Source: Eledone cirrhosa
Taxonomy: Eukaryota
Assembly: GCA_964016885.1 (NCBI GenBank)
Contig: OZ024741.1
Span: forward strand, 275,900,001 to 275,964,000
Length of the DNA: 64,000 nt
Reading direction: 5' to 3'
This document shows, in pieces, positions 1 through 13,072 of this stretch (the stretch's first letter is position 1; each line of letters starts with the position of its first letter). The translations under genes and the position numbers were made by a program. The notes under the pieces are model-generated. The model ran no database searches, was not told the origin of the DNA, and saw only the letters and a program-made list of their open reading frames with translations.

Positions 1-16
1 TAATAACACTCCCTGC

Positions 17-300
17 ATGCAGTTCTGATATCAATACAAAACTACAGCAGCTGTGATATCAAGATAATTTCATTTCTGATATTTACACCCCTACAGTTCT
101 GATATTTAAACCCCTACAGTTCTGTTACCTAGACAACTACAACTACAGTTCTTCTGATATCAGAGATAACTATATCTCTGATATCCAAACCTAATACCAC
201 TGGGATATTTACCCACCTACATCTCTGCTATTTAAACCGTGTTGAGACAATTACAATTTTGATATCAAGATCCTAACAGTTCTGACAACTAAACCTCTAC
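17..300. repeat. Degenerate short tandem repeat (ctacagttctgatat-like motif)
   Basis: Recurring cagttctgatatc / ctacagttctg motifs at roughly 30-45 bp spacing. Confidence 0.5.
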
Positions 301-635
301 AATTACATGTTTGGAGTCATAAATACTGCATCACTACAACTTTGGTAAGTTAACTCAGAGATTTTTATTTGTTTGCTTAGAGTTTGCTTCTAAAAGTCAA
401 GCATTTCTTTTATATATATATGTGTGTATGTGTCTATGTGTGTGTTGGGGGTATATGATTGTTAGGTGAAAAGTTTATAGACTGACCAAGATACTCTCAT
501 GGAATGACCAAATGAGGTTTATTTTTCAACAGTGTCTGGAAAGCAACAATGCAGTTGATAATAAGAAGAGTTGAAATTAATGCATGCAAGATTTCACAGC
601 TCTAGCATCACTCCTTCATAGCTTATGAATTTTTC

Positions 636-1900
636 ATAAATACATACATACACATACACACACACACATAAATACATACATACAAATACACACACACATA
701 AATGCATACACACACACACAGATAAATACATACACACACACACACATAAATGCATACACACACACACATAAATACATACATACATACATACACATACACA
801 CACACATAAGTACATACACACACATATACATAAATACACCCACATTCACATAAATACACACATACACACAAATACATACACACACACATAAATACATACA
901 CAAGTTTTGCTGGGTCTGCCTTCTATAGATGTATATGGGCCCACACAAAAGCAGACAGGCAGTAACACTTACACACGCACACACTTACACATGAACACAT
1001 ACATGGAAACATGCATATACATGCAGACATGCACATACAGGCATATGCATATACACATACGCACACCCATAAAAATATATGCACACAAACACACACACAT
1101 GCAAAAATAGGCATACACACACATGCATACCTATACAAGTATATGCATACAAACACACATGCAAACTAACATATAAACAAATACACATACACACAAACAT
1201 GCAAGATTATGCATAAGTACACACACATACACATGCTAACATATACACACTCACACTAACATACAAACATATACACACACATATACAAACATAAATATAT
1301 ATACGCACACACACTCAGCCACACATTCAAATATATGCACACACACACATGCACATGCAAACTTAAGCATACATGTACACAAACATGCACATATATGCAC
1401 ACATACACACACATACAAACATACATACACAGGCACACATGCAACCTAGGCATGCACATATACAAACATACACATACACACACACATACACATACAAACA
1501 TATGCACATACATATATACAGACATACATAAATACATATATGTATGAATACACAACTGTTACACATCTATAAACATAATTCACCCATACACATACACATA
1601 TACACACACATATACACACACATACACACTTACACACACACATACACACACACACATATACACACACATACAAACATACACACACACACACATAATTCCA
1701 CATATAGACACAATAAATGTTACACATCTATAAATATAATTCACACACACACACACATGCACATACACACGCAAATGTATAACAACATACATATAACTAC
1801 ACAATAACCTTTATACACCTATAGATATAATTTATACACACACACATAAATATGTAAAGACATACATAAATACATATATATATACGTAATAAGCATTACA
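636..1900. repeat. Degenerate (CA)n/(TACA)n microsatellite
   Basis: Low-complexity CA/TA runs; the overlapping ORFs are C/V/Y or H/T/I repeats. Confidence 0.95.
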
Positions 1901-1902
1901 CA

Positions 1903-2133
1903 TCATCATCATCATCATCATCATCATCATTTTATGTCCGCTTTTCCCTGCTTGCAAGGGTGGGACAGGTTCTATTAAGCACAGCATCTCTCCACTTGTC
2001 ACGGTCCTTCATCATCTGCTCCATGAGCTTCAGTGATCTGAGATCTGCTCTCACCACCTCCACCCATGTTTTTCATGGTCTTCCTCTACTGTGTCTTCCT
2101 TCTACTGGCATTTTTTGCCACTTCTTTACACAG
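1903..2133 (-). mobile_element. RTE-clade LINE 3' end fragment
   Basis: Reverse complement matches the 3' end of the RTE copy at 27140-27362 (acccttgcaagca..gaaaagcggac, (GAT)n tail). Confidence 0.85.
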
Positions 2134-2135
2134 CT

Positions 2136-5100
2136 ATAAATATATTTCACACACACATACATAAACACATATAAAGGCATACATAAATACATATAGCTAC
2201 ACAGTAAGGATTACACATCTATAAATATACTTCACACACATACATACATAAATACATATAACTACACAGTAAGGATTACACATCTATAAATATATTTCAC
2301 ACACATACATAAATACATATAGCTACACAGTAAGGATTACACATCTATAAATATATTTCACACACACACATACATAAATACATATAGCTACACAGTAAGG
2401 ATTACACATCTATAAATATATTTCACACACATACATACATAAATACATATAACTACAGTAAGGATTACACATCTATAAATATATTTCACACACACATACA
2501 TAAATACATATAACTACACAGTAAGGATTACACATCTATAAATATATTTCACACACACACATACATAAATACATATAACTACACAGTAAGGATTACACAT
2601 CTATAAATATATTTCACACACACACATACAAAAATACATATAACTACACAGTGAGGATTACACATCTATAAATATATTTAACACACACACATACATAAAT
2701 ACATATAACTACACAGTAAGGATTACACATCTATAAATATATTTCACACACACACATACATAAATACATATAACTACACAGTAAGGATTACACATCTATA
2801 AATATATTTCACACACACACATACATAAATACATATAACTACACAGTGAGGATTACACATCTATAAATATATTTCACACACACACATACATAAATACATA
2901 TAGCTACACAGTATGGATTACACATCTATAAATATATTTCACACACACACACATACATAAATACATATAGCTACACAGTAAGGATTACACATCTATAAAT
3001 ATATTTCACACACACACATACATAAATACATATAACTACACAGTGAGGATTACACATCTATAAATATATTTCACACACACACATACATAAATACATATAA
3101 CTACACAGTAAGGATTACACATCTATAAATATATTTCACACACACACATACATAAATACATATAGCTACACAGTAAGGATTACACATCTATAAATATATT
3201 TCACACACATACATACATAAATACATATAACTACACAGTGAGGATTACACATCTATAAATATATTTCACACACACACATACAAAAATACATATAACTACA
3301 CAGTAAGGATTACACATCTATAAATATATTTCACAGACACACATACATAAATACATATAACTACACAGTAAGGATTACACATCTATAAATATATTTCACA
3401 CACATACATAAATACATATAGCTACACAGTAAGGATTACACATCTATAAATATATTTCACACACACACATACATAAATACATATAGCTACACAGTAAGGG
3501 TTACACATCTATAAATATATTTCACACACATACATACATAAATACATATAACTACAGTAAGGATTACACATCTATAAATATATTTCACACACACATACAT
3601 AAATACATATAACTACACAGTAAGGATTACACATCTATAAATATATTTCACACACACACATACATAAATACATATAACTACACAGTAAGGATTACACATC
3701 TATAAATATATTTCACACACACACATACATAAATACATATAACTACACAGTAAGGATTACACATCTATAAATATATTTCACACACACACATACATAAATA
3801 CATATAACTACACAGTGAGGATTACACATCTATAAATATATTTCACACACACACATACATAAATACATATAGCTACACAGTATGGATTACACATCTATAA
3901 ATATATATCACACACACACATACATAAATACATATAGCTATACAGTAAGGATTACACATCTATAAATATATTTCACACACACACATACATAAATACATAT
4001 AACTACACAGTGAGGATTACACATCTATAAATATATTTCACACACACACATACATAAATACATATAACTACACAGTAAGGATTACACATCTATAAATATA
4101 TTTCACACACACATACATAAATACATATAGCTACACAGTAAGGATTACACATCTATAAATATATTTCACACACACATACATAAATACATATAACTACACA
4201 GTAAGGATTACACATCTATAAATATATTTCACACACACACATACATAAATACATATAACTACACAGTAAGGATTACACATCTATAAATATATTTCACACA
4301 CATACATACATAAATACATATAACTACACAGTAAGGATTACACATCTATAAATATATTTTACACACACACATACATAAATACATATAACTACACAGTAAG
4401 GATTACACATCTATAAATATATTTCACACACACACATACATAAATACATATAACTACACAGTATGAATTACACATCTATAAATATATTTCACACACACAC
4501 ATACATAAATACATATAGCTACACAGTAAGGATTACACACATCTATAAATATATTTCACACACACATACATAAAAACATATAACTACACAGTAAGGATTA
4601 CACATCTATAAATATATTTCACACACATACATAAATACATATAACTACACAGTAAGGATTACACATCTATAAATATATTTCACACACATACATACATAAA
4701 TACATATAACTACACAGTAAGGATTACACATCTATAAATATATTTCACAAACATACATACATAAATACATATAACTACACAGTAAGGATTACACATCTAT
4801 AAATATATTTCACACACATACATAAATACATATAGCTACACAGTAAGGATTACACATCTATAAATATATTTCACACACACACATACATAAATACATATAA
4901 CTACACAGTGAGGATTACACATCTATAAATATATTTCACACACATACAAAAATACATATAACTACACAGTGAGGATTACACATCTATAAATATATTTCAC
5001 ACACACACATACATAAATACATATAACTACAAAGTGAGGATTACACATCTATAAATATATTTCACACACACACATACAAAAATACATATAACTACACAGT

Positions 5101-6890
5101 GAGGATTACACATCTATAAATATATTTCACACACACACATACAAAAATACATATAACTACACAGTGAGGATTACACATCTATAAATATATTTCACACACA
5201 TACATAAATACATATAGCTACACAGTAAGGATTACACATCTATAAATATATTTCACACACATACATAAATACATATAGCTACACAGTAAGGATTACACAT
5301 CTATAAATATATTTCACACACACACATACATAAATACATATAACTACACAGTAAGGATTACACATCTATAAATATATTTCACACACACACATACATAAAT
5401 ACATATAACTACACAGTAAGGATTACACATCTATAAATATATTTCACACACACACATACATAAATACATATAGCTACACAGTAAGGATTACACATCTATA
5501 AATATATTTCACACACACATACATAAATACATATAACTACACAGTAAGGATTACACATCTATAAATATATTTCACACACACACATACATAAATACATATA
5601 ACTACACAGTAAGGATTACACATCTATAAATATATTTCACACACACATACATAAATACATATAACTACACAGTAAGGATTACACATCTATAAATATATTT
5701 CACACACACACATACATAAATACATATAACTACACAGTAAGGATTACACATCTATAAATATATTTCACACACATACATACATAAATACATATAACTACAC
5801 AGTATGGATTACACATCTATAAATATATTTCACACACACACATACATAAATACATATAGCTACACAGTAAGGATTACACACATCTATAAATATATTTCAC
5901 ACACACATACATAAATACATATAACTACACAGTAAGGATTACACATCTATAAATATATTTCACACACATACATAAATACATATAACTACACAGTAAGGAT
6001 TACACACATCTATAAATATATTTCACACACATACATAAATACATATAACTACACAGTAAGGATTACACATCTATAAATATATTTCACACACATACATACA
6101 TAAATACATATAACTACACAGTAAGGATTACACATCTATAAATATATTTCACACACATACATACATAAATACATATAACTACACAGTGAGGATTACACAT
6201 CTATAAATATATTTCACACACATACAAAAATACATATAACTACACAGTGAGGATTACACATCTATAAATATATTTCATACACACACATACATAAATACAT
6301 ATAACTACACAGTGAGGATTACACATCTATAAATATATTTCACACACACACATACAAAAATACATATAACTACACAGTGAGGATTACACATCTATAAATA
6401 TATTTCACACACACACATACAAAAATACATATAACTACACAGTGAGGATTACACATCTATAAATATATTTCACACACATACATAAATACATATAGCTACA
6501 CAGTAAGGATTACACATCTATAAATATATTTCACACACATACATAAATACATATTATAAATATATTTCACACACACACATACATAAATACATATAACTAC
6601 ACAGTGAGGATTACACATCTATAAATATATTTCACACCCACACATACATAAATACATATAACTACACAGTAAGGATTACACATCTATAAATATATTTCAC
6701 ACACACACATACATAAATACATATAGCTACACAGTAAGGATTACACATCTATAAATATATTTCACACACATACATAAATACATATAACTACACAGTAAGG
6801 ATTACACATCTATAAATATATTTCACACACACACACATACATAAATACATATAGCTACACAGTAAGGATTACACACATCTATAAATATAA
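2136..6890. repeat. ~60-bp tandem satellite, roughly 80 units
   Basis: Unit ctacacagtaaggattacacatctataaatatatttcacacacacacatacataaatacatataa with variable internal (CA)n. Confidence 0.97.
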
Positions 6891-6902
6891 TTTATACACT
6901 TG

Positions 6903-7018
6903 ACTATGGGATTAAGGGATTGACTTTGTAACTACATGGTTTTGATACTATAGCCTCAGGTTGATCAATGCTTTGTGAGGGGAATTTGGTAGACAGAAAC
7001 TGTGTGAAGCCTAATGTA
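6903..7018 (+). mobile_element. Degenerate SINE-like dispersed repeat
   Basis: tatagcctcaggttgatcaatgctttgtgag...gaaactgtgtgaagcc resembles 46080-46230 and 49170-49305. Confidence 0.5.
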
Positions 7019-7019
7019 C

Positions 7020-7090
<71 letters not shown>

Positions 7091-8100
7091 CATTGTCATG
7101 ATCAAACCGCCACCCTCCTTCAAAAACGAAGGAGAGGCGGTTTTCCTTTGTGTGATAGCTATGGCGAAAGAGGTTGTATGGTGGACAAGGTTGAAAGGGC
7201 TGAGGTCAGACACCTTTCTCTCCGGCCAACAACTGATTCTTTTTTTCAAATACCACTTTGGAAGAAGAATCAGGATGGAGAGAGAGGTGCTGTACCCCAG
7301 CAAGTTTTATGAAAGGTGGGTGAAAGTGGCGAGAATGGCCCGAGTGAATGGGCCTTCTCTCTATATCAGCCTGTAGGTTGAGGAAAAGGAGGAGGAGAGG
7401 AAAGGAGTACAAGCTCTTCGTACTCCTGGAGATGAGGGTTGCACATTTTTTCGGGGGTATGTGTTACCCATATAAACTGTCTCCCTCTATTGGGGAAAAT
7501 CGACTAACTTTTAAATTCCATCTGTGATAACATTTTACACGTTTTTATTGTATGTAAACTTCCCCCTTTGTATTTGTCCCCTTCTTTTGTGCCCCTGTGG
7601 CTAATAAAGAAATATATCTATCTATCTAAAAATTGAAGAAGGATAAGAATGGAGAGAGAGGTGCTTGGCCACAGGCAGTTTTATGAAAGGTGGGTGATAG
7701 TGGCGAGAATGGCTCATGTAAATGGGCCTTCTCTGTATACCATCCTGTAGGTAAAGAAGTAAAGGAGAGGGGAGCACCTTCTCCATGTGCTCCCCGGGCA
7801 AAGGATTGCACACTTTTTCGGGGGTGTGTGCAACCCCCATCACGTCCCCTCCCTTTTGAGGTTATTTTCGATTATTTTCATGTTACACCCTTTTTACTCG
7901 ATTATATGTAAACTCCCCCTTTGTATTTGTCCCTTCTTTTTATGCCTTTATGGTAAATAAAGAAATCTATCTATCTATCTAAAAATCGACTAACTTTTAA
8001 ATTCCATCTGTGATAACATTTTACACGTTTTTATTGTATGTAAACTTCCCCCTTTGTATTTGTCCCCTTCTTTTGTGCCCCTGTGGCTAATAAAGAAATA

Positions 8101-8138
<38 letters not shown>

Positions 8139-8500
8139 CCACTTTGGAAGAAGAATCAGGATGGAGAGAGAGGTGCTGTACCCCAGCAAGTTTTATGAAA
8201 GGTGGGTGAAAGTGGCGAGAATGGCCCGAGTGAATGGGCCTTCTCTCTATATCAGCCTGTAGGTTGAGGAAAAGGAGGAGGAGAGGAAAGGAGTACAAGC
8301 TCTTCGTACTCCTGGAGATGAGGGTTGCACATTTTTTTTCGGGGGTATGTGTTACCCATATAAACTGTCTCCCTCTATTGGGGAAAATCGACTAACTTTT
8401 AAATTCCATCTAGGATAACATTTTACACGTTTTTATTGTATGTAAACTTCCCCCTTTGTATTTGTCCCCTTCTTTTGTGCCCCTGCGGCTAATAAAGAAA
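7091..8500 (+). mobile_element. Four stacked 5'-truncated non-LTR retrotransposon 3' ends (Tx1/L1-like) in a (TATC)n tract
   Basis: Copies at 7091-7612, 7628-7965, 7981-8098 and 8137-8500 each end in aataaagaaa followed by (TATC)n. The first retains an ORF C-terminus (AKEVVWWTR...FFKYHFGRRIRMERE...FYERW) resembling Tx1/L1 ORF2 ends. Confidence 0.7.
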
Positions 8501-8619
8501 CATATCTATCTATCTATCTATCTATCTCTATCTACTTATCTAACTATCTCTCTATCGATCTATCTATCAATTAATCTATCTATCTATCTATTTATCTATC
8601 TATCTCTATCTACTTATGT

Positions 8620-8666
<47 letters not shown>

Positions 8667-8688
8667 TATCTCTCTCTATCTATCTCTA

Positions 8689-8781
<93 letters not shown>

Positions 8782-8800
8782 ATATATATATATATATATA
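8501..8800. repeat. (TATC)n/(TC)n/(TA)n microsatellites
   Basis: Direct inspection. Confidence 0.95.
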
Positions 8801-8884
8801 GTAATAATAATAATATTTATACTTATATATGGTTTATATATAATTATAAATATGGAGAGTAGTACTAAGTACTAACCAGTTCCC

Positions 8885-8916
<32 letters not shown>

Positions 8917-8918
<2 letters not shown>

Positions 8919-9047
8919 AACCAGTAAGACCCCGACAGCTGAGCTCAAGCCGTTTCGACGGCTAATTCTATTACCCACTCTACTACCTCAAGTATTGAGT
9001 ACTTTGGTGCGTTATGGTCCACCTGGTTCCTTACCACATTTCCTTCG

Positions 9048-9049
<2 letters not shown>
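8917..9049. mobile_element. Inverted fragment pair of an HHR-related short element between (TA)n tracts
   Basis: 8917-8969 and 8968-9049 are opposite-orientation pieces of the same element seen at 10258-10439. Confidence 0.65.
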
Positions 9050-9083
<34 letters not shown>

Positions 9084-9202
9084 TAGCGAGGTTTTTTATA
9101 TGAAATCGTGTGTCGAAACAGATATTGTTATATTTGGGGAGACTGAATAAAAAAATGGCGTAGACATACAACACAACAGGAGGAACAATGAATATAACAC
9201 CA

Positions 9203-9230
9203 CTGACGATGTTGCAGATGTGCAACGAAA
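9203..9230 (+). ncRNA. Partial hammerhead core (no stem I partner)
   Basis: CTGACGA-t-GTTGCA-gatg-TGCAAC-GAAA; no properly placed NUH or stem I downstream. Confidence 0.45.
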
Positions 9231-9444
9231 GATTTATGTAAATTATGTAAACTATATATATGTGTTTGTGTCTATATTGTATCTGTATTATTTTTGACCG
9301 TCGGTCAGTCAATGGCAACATTGAGGACCGAGTAAGTTAGATCGCAGATATAAAAGACAGCGAGAAGTGAAAACCAACCAAACAGTGAGTGTGTTCTGTT
9401 ATTAATTCTGGCAATATTACGCAAATATGACCCTCCCCAAATAT

Positions 9445-9483
<39 letters not shown>

Positions 9484-9492
9484 ATATTCAAT

Positions 9493-9548
<56 letters not shown>

Positions 9549-9570
9549 ATTATATATATATATATTCAAT

Positions 9571-9630
<60 letters not shown>

Positions 9631-9636
9631 ATAATA

Positions 9637-10150
9637 ATTGAATATAAAAGAAAGACAGACACAGATATATACATATATGTGTTCAAATCGTAAGGGAACA
9701 GATTCTCTAAGGTGAAAAGAATACTAACTATAGACAATAGGGTTTGCCAGACTCAATTTAAGGATAAATCAAGAAAATAAATACAAACCGGAATTGTGGT
9801 AACTACCAATCACCCAGACAGCTTTGGTAAGGCTATTTCGCAAAATTAATTGTGAAGAGGAATACCAATTCTTGCTCATCAGTGGGTGAAGAATTAGTGT
9901 CCTGGTCACTTCTAAGTATATTAAAAACCTCTTCACAATTAATTTTGCAAAACAGCCTTACCAAAGCTGTCTGGGTGATTGGTAGTTACCACAATTCTGA
10001 TTTGTATTTATTTTCTTGATTTATTCTTAAATTGAGTCTGGAAAACCCTATTGTCTATAGTTAGTATTCTTCTCACCTTAGCGAATCTGGTCCCTTATGA
10101 TTTGAACACATATATGTATATATTTGTGTCTGTCTTTCTTTTATATTTTA
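9637..10150. mobile_element. Penelope-like/retrozyme-type inverted-repeat element containing an HHR
   Basis: Arms ~9637-9860 and ~9928-10150 are reverse complements with scattered mismatches; (TA)n lies on both sides. Confidence 0.75.
9810..9889 (-). ncRNA. Type I hammerhead ribozyme, canonical core
   Basis: Minus strand: tcaccca CTGATGA gcaagaatt..aattttgc GAAA tagc-cttaccaaa-gctg TC tgggtga; stems I (7 bp), II and III all pair. Confidence 0.88.
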
Positions 10151-10257
10151 TTATAATATATGGCTTTGAAAAATCTCTTTCCTAGAGCTATTTTATTGTA
10201 AGAGACTATTTTCAGTTTCTAACTCAATATATACCTTTGATATATATATATATATAT

Positions 10258-10439
10258 AACGAAGGAAATGTGGTAAGGAACCAGATGCACCAAAGTACTC
10301 AATACTTGGGGTAGTAGAGTGGGTAATAGGAACCAGTAAGACCCCGACAGCTGAGCTCAAGCCGTTTCGACGGCTAATTCTGTCCAGAATTAGCCGTCGA
10401 AACGGCTTGAGCTCAGCTGTCGGGGTCTTACTGGTTCCT
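10258..10439. mobile_element. Fold-back element with a perfect palindrome carrying 3' half-hammerheads
   Basis: 10329-10437 is a perfect inverted repeat around tgtcca; each arm reads gaattagccgtc GAAA cggc-ttgagctca-gctg TC ggggtc; flanked by (TA)n. Confidence 0.7.
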
Positions 10440-10646
10440 ATATATATATATATAAATATATATATATAAATATATGTTAGTTAGGGTTATAACCACAGTT
10501 ACAGGCAACACGTCATTCGAAGCATTCAATGCTGTTACGAGGGTTTGTCTCATGTGGATTGTATTCCAGACTGAAGGTGGCTGTAGTGTGCAGAGTGTAA
10601 AGAAAGTAAGTAGAATCAAAGTCAGTGTTGCAGCATATGTACAAAC

Positions 10647-10736
10647 TTTATTGACAAAATTGTTTCGATATCAATCAACTCAGGGTACAATCAAAATGAT
10701 GGGGCCCAACACTTTTTCGACATCTTGTCAGATATT
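10647..10736 (-). ncRNA. Degenerate hammerhead-like motif
   Basis: Minus strand: CTGACAA gatgtc...gatatc GAAA caa-tt-ttg TC aataaa; G8 is mutated and stem I is poor. Confidence 0.4.
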
Positions 10737-10898
10737 TGAGTTTATATGTGCAAAGACATATTAGATGGCTGAATCCCCTTCCTATCACCAATCACTTTAC
10801 AGAGAGTATTATGAGTGTTTGTGTAGATTACCAACACAAGGGAGGGCGTCATGTCCTTCACATAACTGTGGGATCCCCCCAGCCCTTTGTTTGGAAAG

Positions 10899-10937
<39 letters not shown>

Positions 10938-10941
<4 letters not shown>

Positions 10942-13061
10942 AAAGGGAATGATACAGGTGAGCTTGCCCTCACAAGTGCTGAGAAGAAAGATGCATGGAA
11001 GAGTCATTATGATAGATTACTACATGAGGAGAATGCATGGGAACAAGAGACCCTACCCCAAGTAGACCCTATAGAGGGGCCAGCAGTACAAGTCAGCAGC
11101 AATGTAGTAAGTAAGGCAATCAAAGATATGAAGATGGGGAAGGCAACCGGTCCATCGGGTATAGCTGCCGAGATGGTGAAGGCATCTGGGTCTGTAGGTC
11201 ACACTATAACCACATGTATTGTTAACCAGGTAATACTAGAAGGTGTCATACCAAAAGATTGGTGCAGTAGCATCATTGTCAACTGCTACAAAGGTAAAGG
11301 TGATGCACTAGATAGAGGAAACTATAGCGGTATAAAGCTGGTGGACCAGGTCATGAAAGTAACAGAAAGAGTTATAGCACAGTTGATTAGGGACCGGGTG
11401 AAACTGGACGAGATGCAATTTGGGTTTGTACCAGGAAGAGGCACCACTGATGCCCTCTTCCTTGTGAGGCAGTTACAGGAAAAGTACCTAGCTAAAAGTA
11501 AGCCACTCTACCTGGCATTTGTCGACCTTGAGAAAGCCTTTGACAGAGTTCCATGTGCTATAATCTGGTGGGCTCTTAGAAAACTAGGAGTAGATGAATG
11601 GCTTGTGAAAGCAGTACAAGCCATGTATAGGGGAGCAATCAGCAAAGTTAGGATTAGCAATGAGTATAGCGAGGAATTTAGCGTACAGGTTGGGGTCCAC
11701 CAGGGCTCTGTTCTTAGCCCTCTCCTGTTCACCATAGTCCTGCAGGCAATAACGGAGGAGTTTAAGACCGGATGCCCATGGGAACTCGTATGCCGATGAC
11801 CTCGCACTTATAGCTGAATCTATGGTAGAACTAGAGAAGAAATTCCAAACTTGGAAGCAGGGACTAGAAAGAAAGGATCTCAAAGTCAACATGACAAAGA
11901 CTAAGGTCCTTGTAAGTAGATGAGAAAACAGAACCCAGATCCCCTCAGGGAAATGGCCTTGCTCAGTGTGTAGGAAAGGTGTAGGTAGGAACTCCATTCT
12001 CTGCCACAAATGCAAACAATGGGTACACAAGAGATGTAGCGGGATCTCAGGAAGCTTAATTAAGAATGTAGGCTTCACATGCAACAGCTGTGTTGGGACA
12101 GCAAGCAGCAAACAGCCACAGGAAACAAGTACCACCAATCTCTGGGAGGGCTCTGTAGAAACAGTAGACAGCTTCTGCTACCTAGGTGACCGAATTAGCA
12201 GCGGAGGTGGGTGTTCAGAAAGTACAATAAGTAGGGTAAGAACGGGATGGAAGAAGTTTAGGGAACTACTACCACTGCTAGCTGCAAAAGGCTTCTCCCT
12301 CAAAATGAAAGGCAGACTGTATGATGCGTGTATCCGAACAGCGATGTTGCATGGTAGTGAGACCTGGGCGCTGAAGGTGGAAGACTTACGTAGATTAGAG
12401 AGAAACGAAGCCTGCATGCTCCGATGGATGTGTAACAGTAATATACGTGAACGACAAAGCATAAATGAATTGAGAGAGAGACTAAGCATAAGAGGAATCA
12501 AATGCTGTGTGCAGGAGAGGCGGTTGCACTGGTATGGACATGTGATGCGTATGAAGGATGACAGCTGCATAAAAAGGTGCAGAGCACTAGAAGTCGATGG
12601 AAACCACGGAGTGGGAGACCCAAGATGACCTGGGATGAGGTGATAAAAGCCGACCTTACCCAATTACACCTCTCAAAGACGATGACACACGACCGTGACC
12701 TCTGGCGTCATGCAGTAATACAGAGTACCCGACCTCCCATGGGTACAAGCTGAAGCATATAGACAATATGCCCCCACACCCCCCACCGCAAGGTGGTCGT
12801 GGAGGTGCCACGGCAAAAAAGCACCCAGCCCACACTGTAAAGTGGACGTGTAGGCGCCACGAAAAAGCACCCAGCACTCACTGTAAATGAGGTTGGTGTT
12901 AGGAAGGGCATCCAGTTGTAGAAATCAAGCCAAATAAGTTCCTGTATGAGCAAGGCATGGTCAGCCGACCAGACACTGCCCACAACAGGACAACCCGTCT
13001 AACCCATGCTAGCATGGAAGAACGGACGTAAAACGGTGATGATGATGATGATGATGATGAT
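10938..13061 (+). mobile_element. RTE-clade LINE, 5'-truncated and frameshifted (family A, long 3' UTR)
   Basis: RT motifs KATGPSGI, YKGKGD, QFGFVPGRGTTDA, FVDLEKAFDRV, GVHQGSVLSP, YADD (frameshifted), YLG and RRLHWYGHV; (GAT)n tail. Confidence 0.95.
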
Positions 13062-13072
13062 ATATATATATA

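Noticed and set aside
594-1807. Many Cys/Val/Tyr- or His/Thr-rich ORFs (also 16330-16836, 53006-53764, 58661-59279, 60746-61520)
   Set aside because: Translations of CA/TA microsatellites.
10765-10937. N-terminal extension of the 344-aa RT ORF
   Set aside because: Chance read-through across unrelated sequence and (TA)n; RT homology begins at ~10938.
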